Of a stretch of 64,000 nucleotides of DNA, positions 12,252-24,500 are shown in pieces; position 1 is the first letter of the stretch; the number at the start of each line of letters is the position of its first letter. The translations under genes and the position numbers were made by a program. A model generated the notes under the pieces. That model did no database searches. It had not been told where the DNA came from and worked only from the letters and a program-made list of their open reading frames with translations. The stretch comes from Aplysia californica (Eukaryota). The DNA lies in contig NW_004797481.1 in assembly GCF_000002075.1 (NCBI RefSeq), positions 803,942 to 867,941 of the forward strand. The letters run 5' to 3'.

Positions 12252-12329
12252 TTTGAGGTGTCCTGTGAGGTTCCACAGTAGTCAAATATTGATTCTGATC
12301 AGGAACAGGGCGATTCACTCCATAAACAT

Positions 12330-12390
12330 ACTCGGCGGAAATCAATATGACGCATGCGCACAAGTCATGGTCACATGAAATGACGTCATG
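12330..12390. promoter_or_regulatory. SCAMP proximal promoter motif cluster (NRF1-like, CLEAR/M-box-like, CRE)
   Basis: CGCATGCGCA 12351-12360, GTCACATGA 12370-12378 and TGACGTCA 12381-12388, about 100-140 bp upstream of the ATG. Confidence 0.6.
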
Positions 12391-12690
12391 TCTTTTTCGT
12401 GAGATTCAAAACTGTCATAAGTTTATTATTAGAAGCGGTTATATTCTTTGCCCTAGATGATCATTCCGATGTATTTTTCACAGCAATCAATTTGATTTGA
12501 AAAATTTGATTAGATACAGAACATTTTTTTCTTTTATAACAAAATCTTCGAACTTGTTGTTTGCTCAATACAAATGCCAACTGGCAATGTTGGTTAGACT
12601 ACAAGTACGGCACGGTTAATTATGTTCCGTTGGTTGTGGAACCGATTGTCAAAGAGGTTATTATAAGTTAAATTTATTGTAATCATTTGT

Positions 12691-13220
12691 TTGTTTTGTT
12701 TTGTTTAGTATAGGGTTTTACGGCGCTCGCAACTGCATAAGGTCATATGAGCGCGCGGGACACACCTAATACTTTTTTTGGTAGGAAATTTTGAATTTTG
12801 CCCGGGTGGCGGCCGAAGCCTACTCTTATCGATTTTAGACCACCAAGGGATCTTTAACGTGCGCAACTTGCACACGGGCCCTCCGAGATTTCTCGCCCTT
12901 GTCCGAGAAGGCTAGGTGTAGATCTTTCCTACCAGAAGATCAGGGGTGTGGCAGAAAGACAGCTGTAAGAAAGAGTCAAGGAGTAGCAGTAGAAAGGCTG
13001 CAGAAAGAGTCAGGAGCCCAGAGGATGGGGCAGAGGGGGTGGGGGCAGAAAGAGGAGACGAAAGCAGACGACAGAATATTGCAAGAGAGCAGGAAAGGAG
13101 GTGAAAGGAGACAATTTTAGAGAAGAAATTTTTTTAATTTTTCTGTCGCTACCCGGATTCGAATCCGGGACCTTTGAATGAGAGGCCGACACCTTAACCT
13201 CTAGGCCACGAGAGCCCCCC
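12691..13220 (-). mobile_element. tRNA-derived SINE with Meta/MESC-like core (family A)
   Basis: Head GGCTCTCGTGGCCTAGAGGTTAAGG...GATTCGAATCC (A/B boxes); core CCCGTGTGCAAGTTGCGCACGTTAAAGATCC; 13-bp TSD TGTAATCATTTGT. Confidence 0.88.
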
Positions 13221-13957
13221 TGTAATCATTTGTACTCTATTTGTAACCTCTGATACTAATGTGTGGAAGAGAGAGTCACACGGCTGCTGTTTTTTTATTG
13301 CTTGTTAAGTTTCGGTTGCCTGTTTGTTTATTCATTTGTTCGTGTTTTTGTCAATGTGTATTTAGATCTAGATGTGGAAGTAAAGTTGAATTATACCTTG
13401 ATAATAATCTACACAGGCGTGCTTACAAGTTGAAATGGGTACCGTATAGGCCTAGTTGAATCAAGGGTGCATAAGATTTAGTTTAACATTTATAGTTTAA
13501 TTACGTGGGTAGAGTTCGTACTCTGGTGCGTGGCCAGTACTTCAAAAGGGTTCATTATACTTAGCTTCCGTCAGGAACCAAATTCACGTTTGTATTTTTT
13601 ATTCATGGTCCAAGAGTCTGTATTTAATTAAAAACCTGGTTCTCTTAAACATTTCCAAGACAGTTAACGTATTAAGTTGTGTTAAATCAATTTCAGTTAC
13701 TTAATTAATAACCTATAATCTACAGGAGAAAGTTGTACACCTTCTGAAAATATAGCCTACATTAATCTGCAAACATCAGCTGATAAAAGCAACTTAAACG
13801 CTTTCGGTGCGCATCTTTTATGCTGACAGCACCCCTTATTCTACTTACAATGGAGCGATGGGAATACTTGCGATAAATGCGTCACAATGACGTGTTTTTG
13901 CAGTGGTCTAATGAATACATTTAGGCCTAATCACATGCACACATACCCACACACTCA

Positions 13958-13959
13958 TG

Positions 13960-14001
<42 letters not shown>

Positions 14002-14062
14002 AAGAGAGAGAGAGAGAGAGAGGGGGGGGGCAGAGAGTGAGAGAGAGAGAGAGGGACAGAGA

Positions 14063-14153
<91 letters not shown>

Positions 14154-14203
14154 GTAGAGCACAGCCGAGAGAGAGAGAGAGAGGGGGTAAGTTATACAAG
14201 TCT

Positions 14204-14295
<92 letters not shown>
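13958..14295. repeat. Compound (GA)n/(GT)n microsatellite
   Basis: Directly visible. Confidence 0.95.
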
Positions 14296-14298
<3 letters not shown>

Positions 14299-14894
14299 TG
14301 TTTGATGATTACAAATGTATTCGAATTCGGAGCTGTAGTGTCATAGCCTAAAACATAATTACATGTATTTCTCTGCTTTCCTGAGAGGGCAACATGATCA
14401 GGAGGTATAACGGTTTCGAGTTTTGTAAATAACTTTTGTAGGCGAGCCAGTCCATCTGTCTTCCTTCTTTGCACCCCTCCACCCCGCATGCTGAGCCTCG
14501 AGATCTCTGAAAGAACGAGTCTTTTAAAGCTGTCCATAAATACATGTATTATAGTTCTATAGGCTATGAGTATAGTAGTCCTTGGCATAGGCCTACCGAT
14601 GGTGCAGGGCAAAAATTCTGCGCTTGATTATTGTGGTTCATAGATGCTGTGGCAACAATTATGACACCGATCACTGCTTATGTAATTTAAATTGTATTTC
14701 TCACAGGTCGCAGGCAGATACATTTTGCCTTTTTATGGCGAGGCCTATCCTTGACAAATTAAATATAACAAAAGAAGGAATGTGGTAGCAACTTTGAAAT
14801 TGTTCTTAATCTAGTATGCAGCGAAGAAAAAATTCGGATTTTGTAAAGAAAAAAACATACAAATAATAGATCTAATATCAGTTCAATAACACCT

Positions 14895-15100
14895 AGCATC
14901 TGTGGTGTAGCGGTTTGGCGCTTCGCTGTCTCACATTGGAGACCCCAGTTCGATTCCTAGACGGGGTAATTTTTAACATCTCAGTCTTTCTGCTTGGACA
15001 TTGTATCCCTCTCAACCCGGGTAGGCCCTGACAGATAGAGTTGGAAACCCGCCTTCTAACTGATCTAAATTGGGTCGTTAAAACATCTAGGGTCTTCATT
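14895..15100 (+). mobile_element. tRNA-headed SINE (family C); reverse copy at ~62060-62217
   Basis: GTGGTGTAGCGGTT...GTTCGATTCC; matches the reverse complement of 62130-62217, plus a shared CCCTCTC..GGCCCTGACAG block. Confidence 0.65.
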
Positions 15101-15169
15101 GAAAAAAAAATTCAACTAGATTCTAGGCCTAGGCTATAAAACGGAATCATCGTTTAGGCCTATTCAGAG

Positions 15170-15419
15170 AACTACGTGGCTGGAAGATGTAAAACATAGC
15201 TCTATCTCGTGTCTTCCGGTGAAACGAAGAGCCACTGCTCAAGCTCCACTCCCAACTCCCAAGCGAAACTTCCGCTGGATCCTTACGAGAAGGCGTTGAC
15301 CATCTTGAGCGTCTACAGTCTACTCTGCCTTCAAGACAGATTGTTTACCTTCTATTTTCTTTTTCTTTGGTGATCTGGTAAGCGAACATCAACGCTGAGG
15401 ACCTAAAGCTTCGAAAAAG
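15170..15419 (+). promoter_or_regulatory. AP3B promoter/5' UTR region
   Basis: CpG-enriched, with ETS-like CTTCCGG and ACTTCCG motifs upstream of ATG 15420. Confidence 0.4.
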
Positions 15420-15550
15420 ATGGCAGGAAACGGTGGGTTTCAAGCATCGTCATATGCAAATGACAGACCACCGAGCTCGACCGGCAGTGGGGATGGGGAT
15501 ATGAGTGCTGACCCCGCAAGCAGTGGCTTTTTCACAACTGATTTTAAGAA
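15420..15550 (+). CDS. AP3B1: AP3B exon 1
   Basis: MAGNGGFQ...[13 protein letters not shown], donor gtgagt. Confidence 0.9.
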
Positions 15551-18500
15551 GTGAGTAGATCTATTGAAAAAAATCATCAAATGAAAAGGATTTCATATCT
15601 AAAGGCACGTGATATGAAGACTTTCCACTTGGTCCATTCTACATTGGAAGTAACTGAATAGAAAGAGGTTAGAGTTAGATCGCCTGAGCCTGATGCCTGA
15701 TGTTGTTTTGATCTGTTCATGGCTCTGTTGTCATATTATGATTTCTAGTTAGGCGTTAATTATGAGCTTTAGTCAGACCACTTTTGTGACATTCTCATTC
15801 AGGGAAAAATCCCTATCCATGTCAATGGTAACTTCAAGTCCAGATACTGCTGCACACATCGGATTTAGTGCAACTTTTCATTTTCACTGTGATTATTCTC
15901 ACTGGGGGTGAGGATAAACTGGATATATTATTCTCACCCTGGGTGAGAAGAAAATTGATACTATTCTCACCCTGGGTGAGAATAACGACAGTCTACTATT
16001 CTCTCCCGGTTTTTTAGTTTCGGGCATCATAGGACCTCTGTCAATGAGGGCTCCAGGCGACAAAACTCATCTCCCTCTCTCTCTCCGCTGAGCGCGTGGC
16101 GACTAAAATCGCCAACTGGTGGGCCAGCTCTCGAGTGGGGTAGGCGACTATTGTCGATTTGGGGGAAAACCTTATCTTTTGAGCAAATAACGTCACCTTT
16201 TGTTGCTACAGTATTAACTCTTATCCTGCGTCTGTGCCCAGATGCGTATCTTATCAGCAACCGATTACGTCGGACTCGCCGGGCAGGCCGCCGGGGTCAC
16301 TCAGTGTGTACTGTTGGTGTACAGCGCGCGCGCCGGGAAACGGGTGTTTTCGCCATGAATACTGCGGGAGTGTGTTAACTGATGATGAAAATAACGCTCT
16401 ATCCTTCATAGCATTCTATTTATAAAGTGTTACAAACACATGAAAAACCCCCTCTCACAAGCTGATAAGACATTACGAGTAGTTACGCCCATTTGAATAA
16501 CCTTTCTGGACGCTCTTGTTGTTATGAATGGCCTGAGGTTCGAAAAGGGATAATTTAGGTCAATTTCCGAATGTTTTACACTCAAATTGTTCTTTGTACC
16601 TGCACAAGGGTATTCAAAACTATTAAACAAGCTCATCTTTTATCAGGTAGTATCATTTCATACAAAATCAAGCTCATTTGAAATATTTTGTATAGAAAAA
16701 TGGAAGTCTTGTTTCCTGACTATCCTTTCGAGCTCCTCATGTCTAAGAGGGTCAATTTCTTCTATAATTTCATTGGACGAACATCTAGAGCTATCAACTT
16801 GGCATGTTTTGAATGAGACGTATGCCTCGATTACGAACCAACGCAGGTGGTTCTAGAAGAAGGCCACAAACGCACACAAACTCAAGCAGACTGACGCACT
16901 CACACTTGACCTGCGTGAATGGGGATCCGACTCGGGACCCGAATGACACGTAAGAGGATGCGCGCTGCGCGTGCGCTGAGCCAGGAGCTACACTGACTCG
17001 GGACCAGAACGCAGGCGAGGTGCCGAAATAGGCTTATCGGGCTACATAAACCCGGCTCCCGCAGGATGAGGGTTAATGTATTGGTTCTGTAATGGAAAAT
17101 TTTACTCTTGAATAGTTTAACCAATCAAAATTAAGAAACAAAATATGCCTATGGTTAAGGCACTGCGTTTCTTAATTAAAAAAATAATTGTGGGTTCTGC
17201 TAGGGATAACAATTAAACATGTTTTTTCTGTTGTAAACAACAAATGCCAATTCTAACATTGCAATGACAAACTATTACTAACATTATTTCATTAAATATA
17301 TAGCTTTCAGTTAGAAGGCTATTATTTTTAAAAACATACTCTACTCTGGCAAGTGAATTTAGAAAATATTTACACTTGTCTAAGGTTTTGGTGAAGATAT
17401 TCGTGCATACTCTCAACTCAAGATTTAAACAAATGAAACAGTAACAATCCCCGCGGGAGCCTAGAAAAATCGGCCAGCGCTCTGGGGCAGGTCACGAACG
17501 GTCACTCTCTTACAATTCACAAATAATTTTCCATCATCCGTTCTCAACACCCTGGTAGACCAAAAAAAATCCATTGCATTCTCAGACTGGGTGAGAATAA
17601 TATTCATTTTATTCTCACCCGGCTAGTCCAGTGTGGCCTGGAATTCACCGTAAGTAGATGTAACATTTGGAGCGCTGACAGAGGGTGTGCAGACGCTGCC
17701 AGATTGAACACGCCACCTTTTCCGATTGGTTGGCGGGGCCGTATGAGAGGCGCATGACTACTGACCTGGAATCAGTGTATACGTGAATGCGTACGCTGTT
17801 CGAGAGACTGCCTGCTGTATGTAGTGAATCAAGCATGCCCAGCGCTGTGTAGAGAGCTACAAGCTTGGCCCTGAAGCTGGAACAATATCGGCCTGCGGAT
17901 ACACGGTGGTCGAGTTTGGTATCACCAGTCTTGATCAGTATTCTGCTGCCTCCATACTCGGGACCGTGTTTAGCTGAACCATCAGTCCAGACTTCTACAT
18001 CGGGCAGGGGGAGCGATCAAGTGGTAGCCTCTGCTGCTGCTTTCCTGACGACTGGTTTATTAGCATGCTTGCAGTCGACAACGAGATCGGTGCTAAAGGT
18101 CACGTTGCATGATGCAGCCTTCCACAGTTGTGTGTGTGTGTGTGTGTGGGGGGAGGGGGTAAAACAAACTAGCTCCTCACGTGGGTACATACCTAGTTCA
18201 GTTTCACCTACGAAGTTCTGGGCATGCTTTCTACTGCTCAACTTGCCTGTCTGCATGGGCACTGATTTTGTTGCGGAGGCTCTGCATTAGATTCGTTGCT
18301 GGCATACGCATGGGCTTCTCGAGTGAAATAGCGGTCAAGGCATCAGCTCTATGCCTTAGTGGTAGAATGTCTGCTTCAATGAGGAGGCTGTCTACACAAG
18401 TATCCTTCGAGCAGCCTGTGATGATTCTCGCTACTTCATTCTGCTTTCGTTCTGAATTAGATGGTGGTAATGATGTGGACTACCTCGAGTGGGATGTGGA

Positions 18501-21500
18501 ATGTGATTCTAAGGATGGTATCATGAATGAAGAGGTGAATCACTCAGGAGCTATGAGCAGGGCATGTTAGCCTCAGGTCAGGGCTCAAAGGTTAAGAAGC
18601 TATATTTTCTCAGATCAACCCAAAGACACGTATGGAGTTATAATACTTAAATTTTTCTTTTTTTTTTTTTACCTGCTTTTTTATGTATTAGAGAACATTT
18701 ACAGAAATATAAGTCGCTTGCGAGTTACAAACTTATAATGTTTTAGTTCTGTTGATTAATGGTTTTCAACTGTTCTAGTGTCATACATATTGAGCAGATC
18801 ATGTGGAATGTTTATCCAGTAGCCTTTTAGATTTCTCATTAAAAAATACAGGTCCATGCATCCCTTACCCTAACAAGACTCTCAATCCCAAGCACTAGCT
18901 CTGATCTCTAACATCCTTTTAATGTCTTTCATCTCTTACCCCTAACCCAGTACTGCTTAAAAAGCCAGCTAGCTGTAAATTGTTCCTTCCTGTTTTTTTT
19001 TTTCTCCTAGACATGAAGACCTGAAGACGATGTTGGACAGCAACAAAGACAGTCTCAAGCTTGAGGCTATGAAAAGAATTATCGGGGTAATGTATCTTGA
19101 AATGTGTTATTAATTCTTTGTTTTTTCTTTGTTTTTTAAATGCTAGCTTTATTATTTCTGTTCTGCAGAGAGGGAGGGAGGGAGGTTTACTTTTTATTGC
19201 CAAGCCAAGTTGTTGTAGTTACAGAGGTCATTACTGAGACTATTTAATGTATATGTGCTTTGCAGCTTTAAATCTGTTTGAAATTGAGTTCTTAATTTTA
19301 AAAAAAGTTAATGAAGAAAATTTGACTGGCTGTCATCTTGAATTTTAAGGTCCATGCACATATAATTATATCTTTGTATGAAATCTTTTGTCTCAGGGAG
19401 CAGTGACAATGAACTCTGGATAGGTACTTGAGTACCATGTATACTTGTGTATAGGTCGCAACTTTTCATTTCTGCCTCCCCCAAAAATTAGGTGAGCCGT
19501 ATCCACCGGATACAATGAAAGGAGAGTGCTAACAGGCGTCTATTATAGAAGTGTACGGGTCATATATATCGATCTTGGCAGTCTCGATTGGGACAAAATC
19601 AAGATTTATTTTCACTTTTGTTGCTATGAAGAATTTTGCAGTAATGACATGCAGCTTGTGCATCATATATATATACAGTCGAACCTGCGTAAGACGGAAT
19701 CGCAAGGGAGCCAGAAAAAAATTCCGTCTTAGACAGGGGAATTTAGGGGGAGATGGAGGTGGGGGGGGGGGGGGTTCAAAGGTCCAGCCGGTGGGATCAA
19801 GGATCGCTTGTCCGATCGGCAAGCAGTGGTCAAAACTTCACACCTCAATTGCTATGCTGTCTGATGATGACATGCATCAACATACGTATCCAATTACCAC
19901 CAGTGCTTGCCTTTCATAGGACCACTGTTTGACCTATTAAATACAGAAACGTTTGAACATCTCCCTTCTTCCATCCTTAGCCCCACCCACCATTGCCACC
20001 CCTTACTGCCATCATTGTAACAACGATTCAACGCACTCTTTTCTCGGCTGGCCGTACGATCAGGGCGGCAGGCATTGGTCAATCTAATTTCACACCTCTG
20101 GTTTCTGGACTGATGAAAGTTTCCGTAGTGGCTCGCTACTCAAGCACTCTCACGGGTAGTCGTGAGATTTAACACCCACACTACACTGACCATCTGCATC
20201 GCTCAGGGCTCACATGATGGGGTAACATCCAGAAAGCAGGGTAACATCTACCCCCAAATTGCACCTCTACTCCCCTTCCTCACCCAGCCTCATGACCATA
20301 GCGTTAGTTTAGAGCCAGCGGAACCAAACTTACGAGTTTTGTTTCAAATCAGGGCTGAGTGGGCAAAGTATTTTCCGTCTTAGACAGGTGAAATCCTCAG
20401 AAGGGAGTGGACTTTTCTTTCCGTTTCCGGGTTGGACAGGTTTCCGTTTTATACAGGTAATTAAAGAGGAATATATCAAGGGGGGAGCGGGGAGATTCCG
20501 TTAAGACAGGTTTCTGTTTTATACAGGTTTCCGTTAAGGCAGGTTCGACTGTAGTAATTTGCCATTCTTATGTCATTTATCAAAATAACATCTGATTTCT
20601 GGTCAGTTAGACCCATTATCAAAACTGGTAAGTGAAATTGTGCTTTAACAATGTGTTTGCATCATGTGACATGACCTCTGTGAGTACTGCATGTATTGGG
20701 GACCAGCAGTTTTTGGGATACCAAAGTTCATTCACACTTGACATGTGATGAAGTATACAGTTGACTGTTTCTTCAGTTTTTTAAATGCACATTGAGTACT
20801 TGATGTGATATCAGAGTACAAAAATGGAAACCAAGTTCTAGATTTGATTGCAGCTCTGTGGGATGAACATCTGGCAATATTTGTGTTGTTTCATTTTTTA
20901 AAGGTGCTTTTTAATCCGCCAAATTATGGTGTGAGACTATGTGTATGTCAACTGAAATTTCATACTTTGACAATCCCAAACTAAGGGCATGACTTACCCA
21001 TTGGTACGACCTTTTGGCTAGTAGGGATCTTTCATCCGGTCATGATGGACTATTATTATTATTTATTAATGTGGTCTTTCATGTGTTCAGGAAAGCTTAT
21101 TTTAGAAGTTGCTGTTTGCGGTTTTTTTTTCAGATGGTTGCTAAAGGCAAAGATGCATCTGATCTTTTCCCCCCTGTTGTCAAGAATGTTGTTTCCAAAA
21201 ATTTAGAGGTGAGTATCATCACTTTGTATTATAGCTTTAGAGATAGAAATACTAATATGGTGCACTTTGTAAATGAAAATGAGAATACAGTGGGTGTGTC
21301 ATAATGTAATATTTCCTTATTGAGCAAATGTATGACTCATGTAACGTCTGTTAGAAATACAATTGTTCACATATGTCACTGCACAAGAATCTCTTGGTTT
21401 TTTTATGGGATCGCATATTGTAGTGGTGTAGGCACTTGCCTCAGCACTTGGAGGTTTCTGGTTTCAGTGCTGTCTAAATTTCAAGAGATGTTCTTTTTAA

Positions 21501-24500
21501 TAAAGTTTCATATATCTTTGAATTTAAGTAACTAACTGTTTTAAAACAGGCAGACATGAGGATCAAATGAGCCTCAGAATTAAGTAAATTGTATATATTA
21601 AATTTGAGCAATGATTGTGACATAAAATCTAAAACGATTTCAAATCAGACTTCAAGCAAATGTGTTTTGAAGGTGTTTGTTTTGACTTGATTTAGTTCAT
21701 GTTGTGCTTTGTGACATTGATACATGAATTTGTGTAGTTGCAAGACTGTCTTACAACATTATAGCCTTGCAGTTCGCAGAATTGATAGGAATAGGGCTGA
21801 CGTGATGCTAACTTGCAGTTTGAGACGATCTCATGGTTTATTAGGTTTTGGCTGCCTAAACAGAGTGGCCTGGCCCTCTAGGTTAAGTGTTGGGTCGTGG
21901 GGTTAACAGCTTTACCCATAAATAGTAAAAGGCAAAAGTTACAGATACATTGACATGAGAGAACTATCTTTAAATGTTGGGAGGTCCTGGAGCCTCTTCG
22001 GATGAAGAATGTATAAAACACCGCAGCCTAAGCTGAAAGGAAGTTGCCAAGTCTCTTCAGATTGATTTATGGAATGCTAGGACCCTCTGAGAGGCTAGAA
22101 AAACTGAACTTGTTGTCAAAGAGAGGCATGGATTCCACCTCCACAAACTGGGAATTAGTGAGACCTACTGGAACCAGTCTCTACAGAAACCAAGCATCAA
22201 CATCAATTGACAAGCACTACAATGAAATCCTCAGGGAACAAGAGGCAGGAGTTGGCCATGGGAGACATGAAAATGTTGCACGGAGAAGGGTATGTTCAAG
22301 ATGGGACACAAGTGGGAAAGTTGGGAAAGCTTGCCCAAGACAATGGAAATCACTTGTCCATGGCCCATAGCCTGCCAAGGAGGAAGGGCATTGATGACGA
22401 TAATTTCTACACATATGCCTTACTGTTGTGCTGTTATGTTGTATCACAGTGACATGGACAAAATCAAAATGTTTATTTTAAATTTAATTTCTTTAGGTGA
22501 AGAAACTGGTCTACGTTTACCTGACAAGATATGCAGAGGAACAACAAGATCTTGCACTTCTCTCTATCAGTACTTTTCAGCGTGCTTTAAAGGTAAAAGC
22601 GTTTAAGTGATTTTGTCACTTTTGTGGCTATGATTTAAACCATTTATTGCTGATATGATGGCAGTAAAATGATTAGACATGTGTTTTGCCATACACTTTT
22701 CATGGATATTAATGCTTTCTATTTTTTTGTGTTAACTTACAAGATTGAAAGACTTTCATAGATTAATTCAGAATCAGCTTCTTGACACCAGAATGGGACT
22801 GATTTCCTTGTTTTTTCTGGTGTTGGATGGAATAAGTTTTATTTGCATGTGGTTGGATTGTGCTGTGATGGGGTCACACTCCATCTATTTTTGTTTCTGA
22901 CATAAACTTTCTGTTCTGACAGGACCCCAACCAATTGATCCGCGCTAGTGCATTGCGAGTCTTGTCCAGTATCCGGGTGCCTGTGATCACCCCTATCATG
23001 ATGTTGGCCATCAAAGAGGCAGTAATGGATATGTCGCCGTATGTCAGGAAGACAGCTGCTCATGCTATTCCAAAACTGTACAGGTATGTTGTTTTTGTCT
23101 CATGTGAACTACAGTTTGTTCTCCCCCGTCCCCACCAATGAGCGGAAGATGTATTTCCTCTGGGTGTGGAATGGGATGTGTGTGTGTGAACATCTATGCT
23201 CAGAAGTACACTATGTAATATTTACTTTCGTGAAGTGTCTGTGCATTTTTCCTCCCTTTCTTCAACATCTCTACTCCAACTACTGAAACTAAAGCCCTAT
23301 ATTCAGAATTTGGCATCAGTGTCAAATAGGTCGTTATGCTGCTGCACTTGGAACGGAACGGTCTTGGGTTCAAAGTGTGTTCTGGTTCTGACGTTGTGTC
23401 CTTCAGAATGACACTTACAACCACTTGAAAATGGATACGCCGTTAAGAATGGCTTGTATTGTCTGCTTGATAATGTTTGGGGGCCTATGTAAGGAAGCTT
23501 GCTCTGAATGCTTCCGTGGAAGCTGAGAATGTTTCAGAATATTATAACAGGTTCTGTTAAGTAGAGCCTCCTTTCAGGTAGGGTCGTATAAATGTAATTA
23601 TTATTTTTATTAGACTTGTGAAAACAAAAAGTCTTTGTTATTATCAATCCAGCGAGGTGTTGGGGTCTTTCCCCTTTCTTTTTATATTTCGTGTGCTGGT
23701 GCATGTAGGTTGCATCAGATGTGATACACTAGAATCTGTTGCAGGTGTCTTTTGAGGAAGAAGGATAACTGATGTAATCACTGATCATATTATTATTGGA
23801 CAGGATGTAGGACAAAATTTTCGTCATGGGTTGGAACTACATTATGTTTTTGACTTCACAGTTTGGACCCAGAAACCAAGGAACAGTTGATTGAAGTGCT
23901 TGACAGGCTGCTGGGTGATAAGACCACGGTAGGTTAAGATTTTTACCTGTCTGAGAACTGAGTTTTCATGGTTTCCTTGATTTCTTAAAAAAAGATTAAG
24001 TAATATAGTAACTTCGTTTTATACTGACCACACTTTCTTTAAATATGAATTAATGTAAACAAATGGAGGCATTTTTTGTTCAACAATAAAATTGTTCTGC
24101 ACTAGTTAGATTCTTTTTCTGAACTTTGACCCACCAATTAAAATTGGTAATTGTTACAGCAATGTTTGAGCAAGTCAGTTTTTAAATCTTGACTTCATTG
24201 ACAACAAAAATACAAAATAAAGAATTTTATTTTCTATCACTAAACATCGTGTTATTATTAATTCAATTGTCTTTAGGGCTCATTGCCATATTGTACAGCG
24301 TGGGAGCTTTAACATACGATAACTCTTAGTTTCTCTGTGGTATATATTGTGCAGCTGGTTGCTGGCAGCGCTATCCAGGCATTTGTGGAGATCTGCCCAG
24401 AGCGGATTGACCTGATCCACAAGAACTATCGAAAGCTGTGTAACCTGCTGGTGGATGTAGAGGAGTGGGGACAAGTGGTCATCCTCAACATGCTCACCCG

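Noticed and set aside
13908-14612. Long ORFs of 90-234 aa
   Set aside because: Translations of GA/GT microsatellites
15374-15383. 5' UTR donor CTG|gtaagc just before the AP3B ATG
   Set aside because: Using it would remove the start codon and exon 1; no further support
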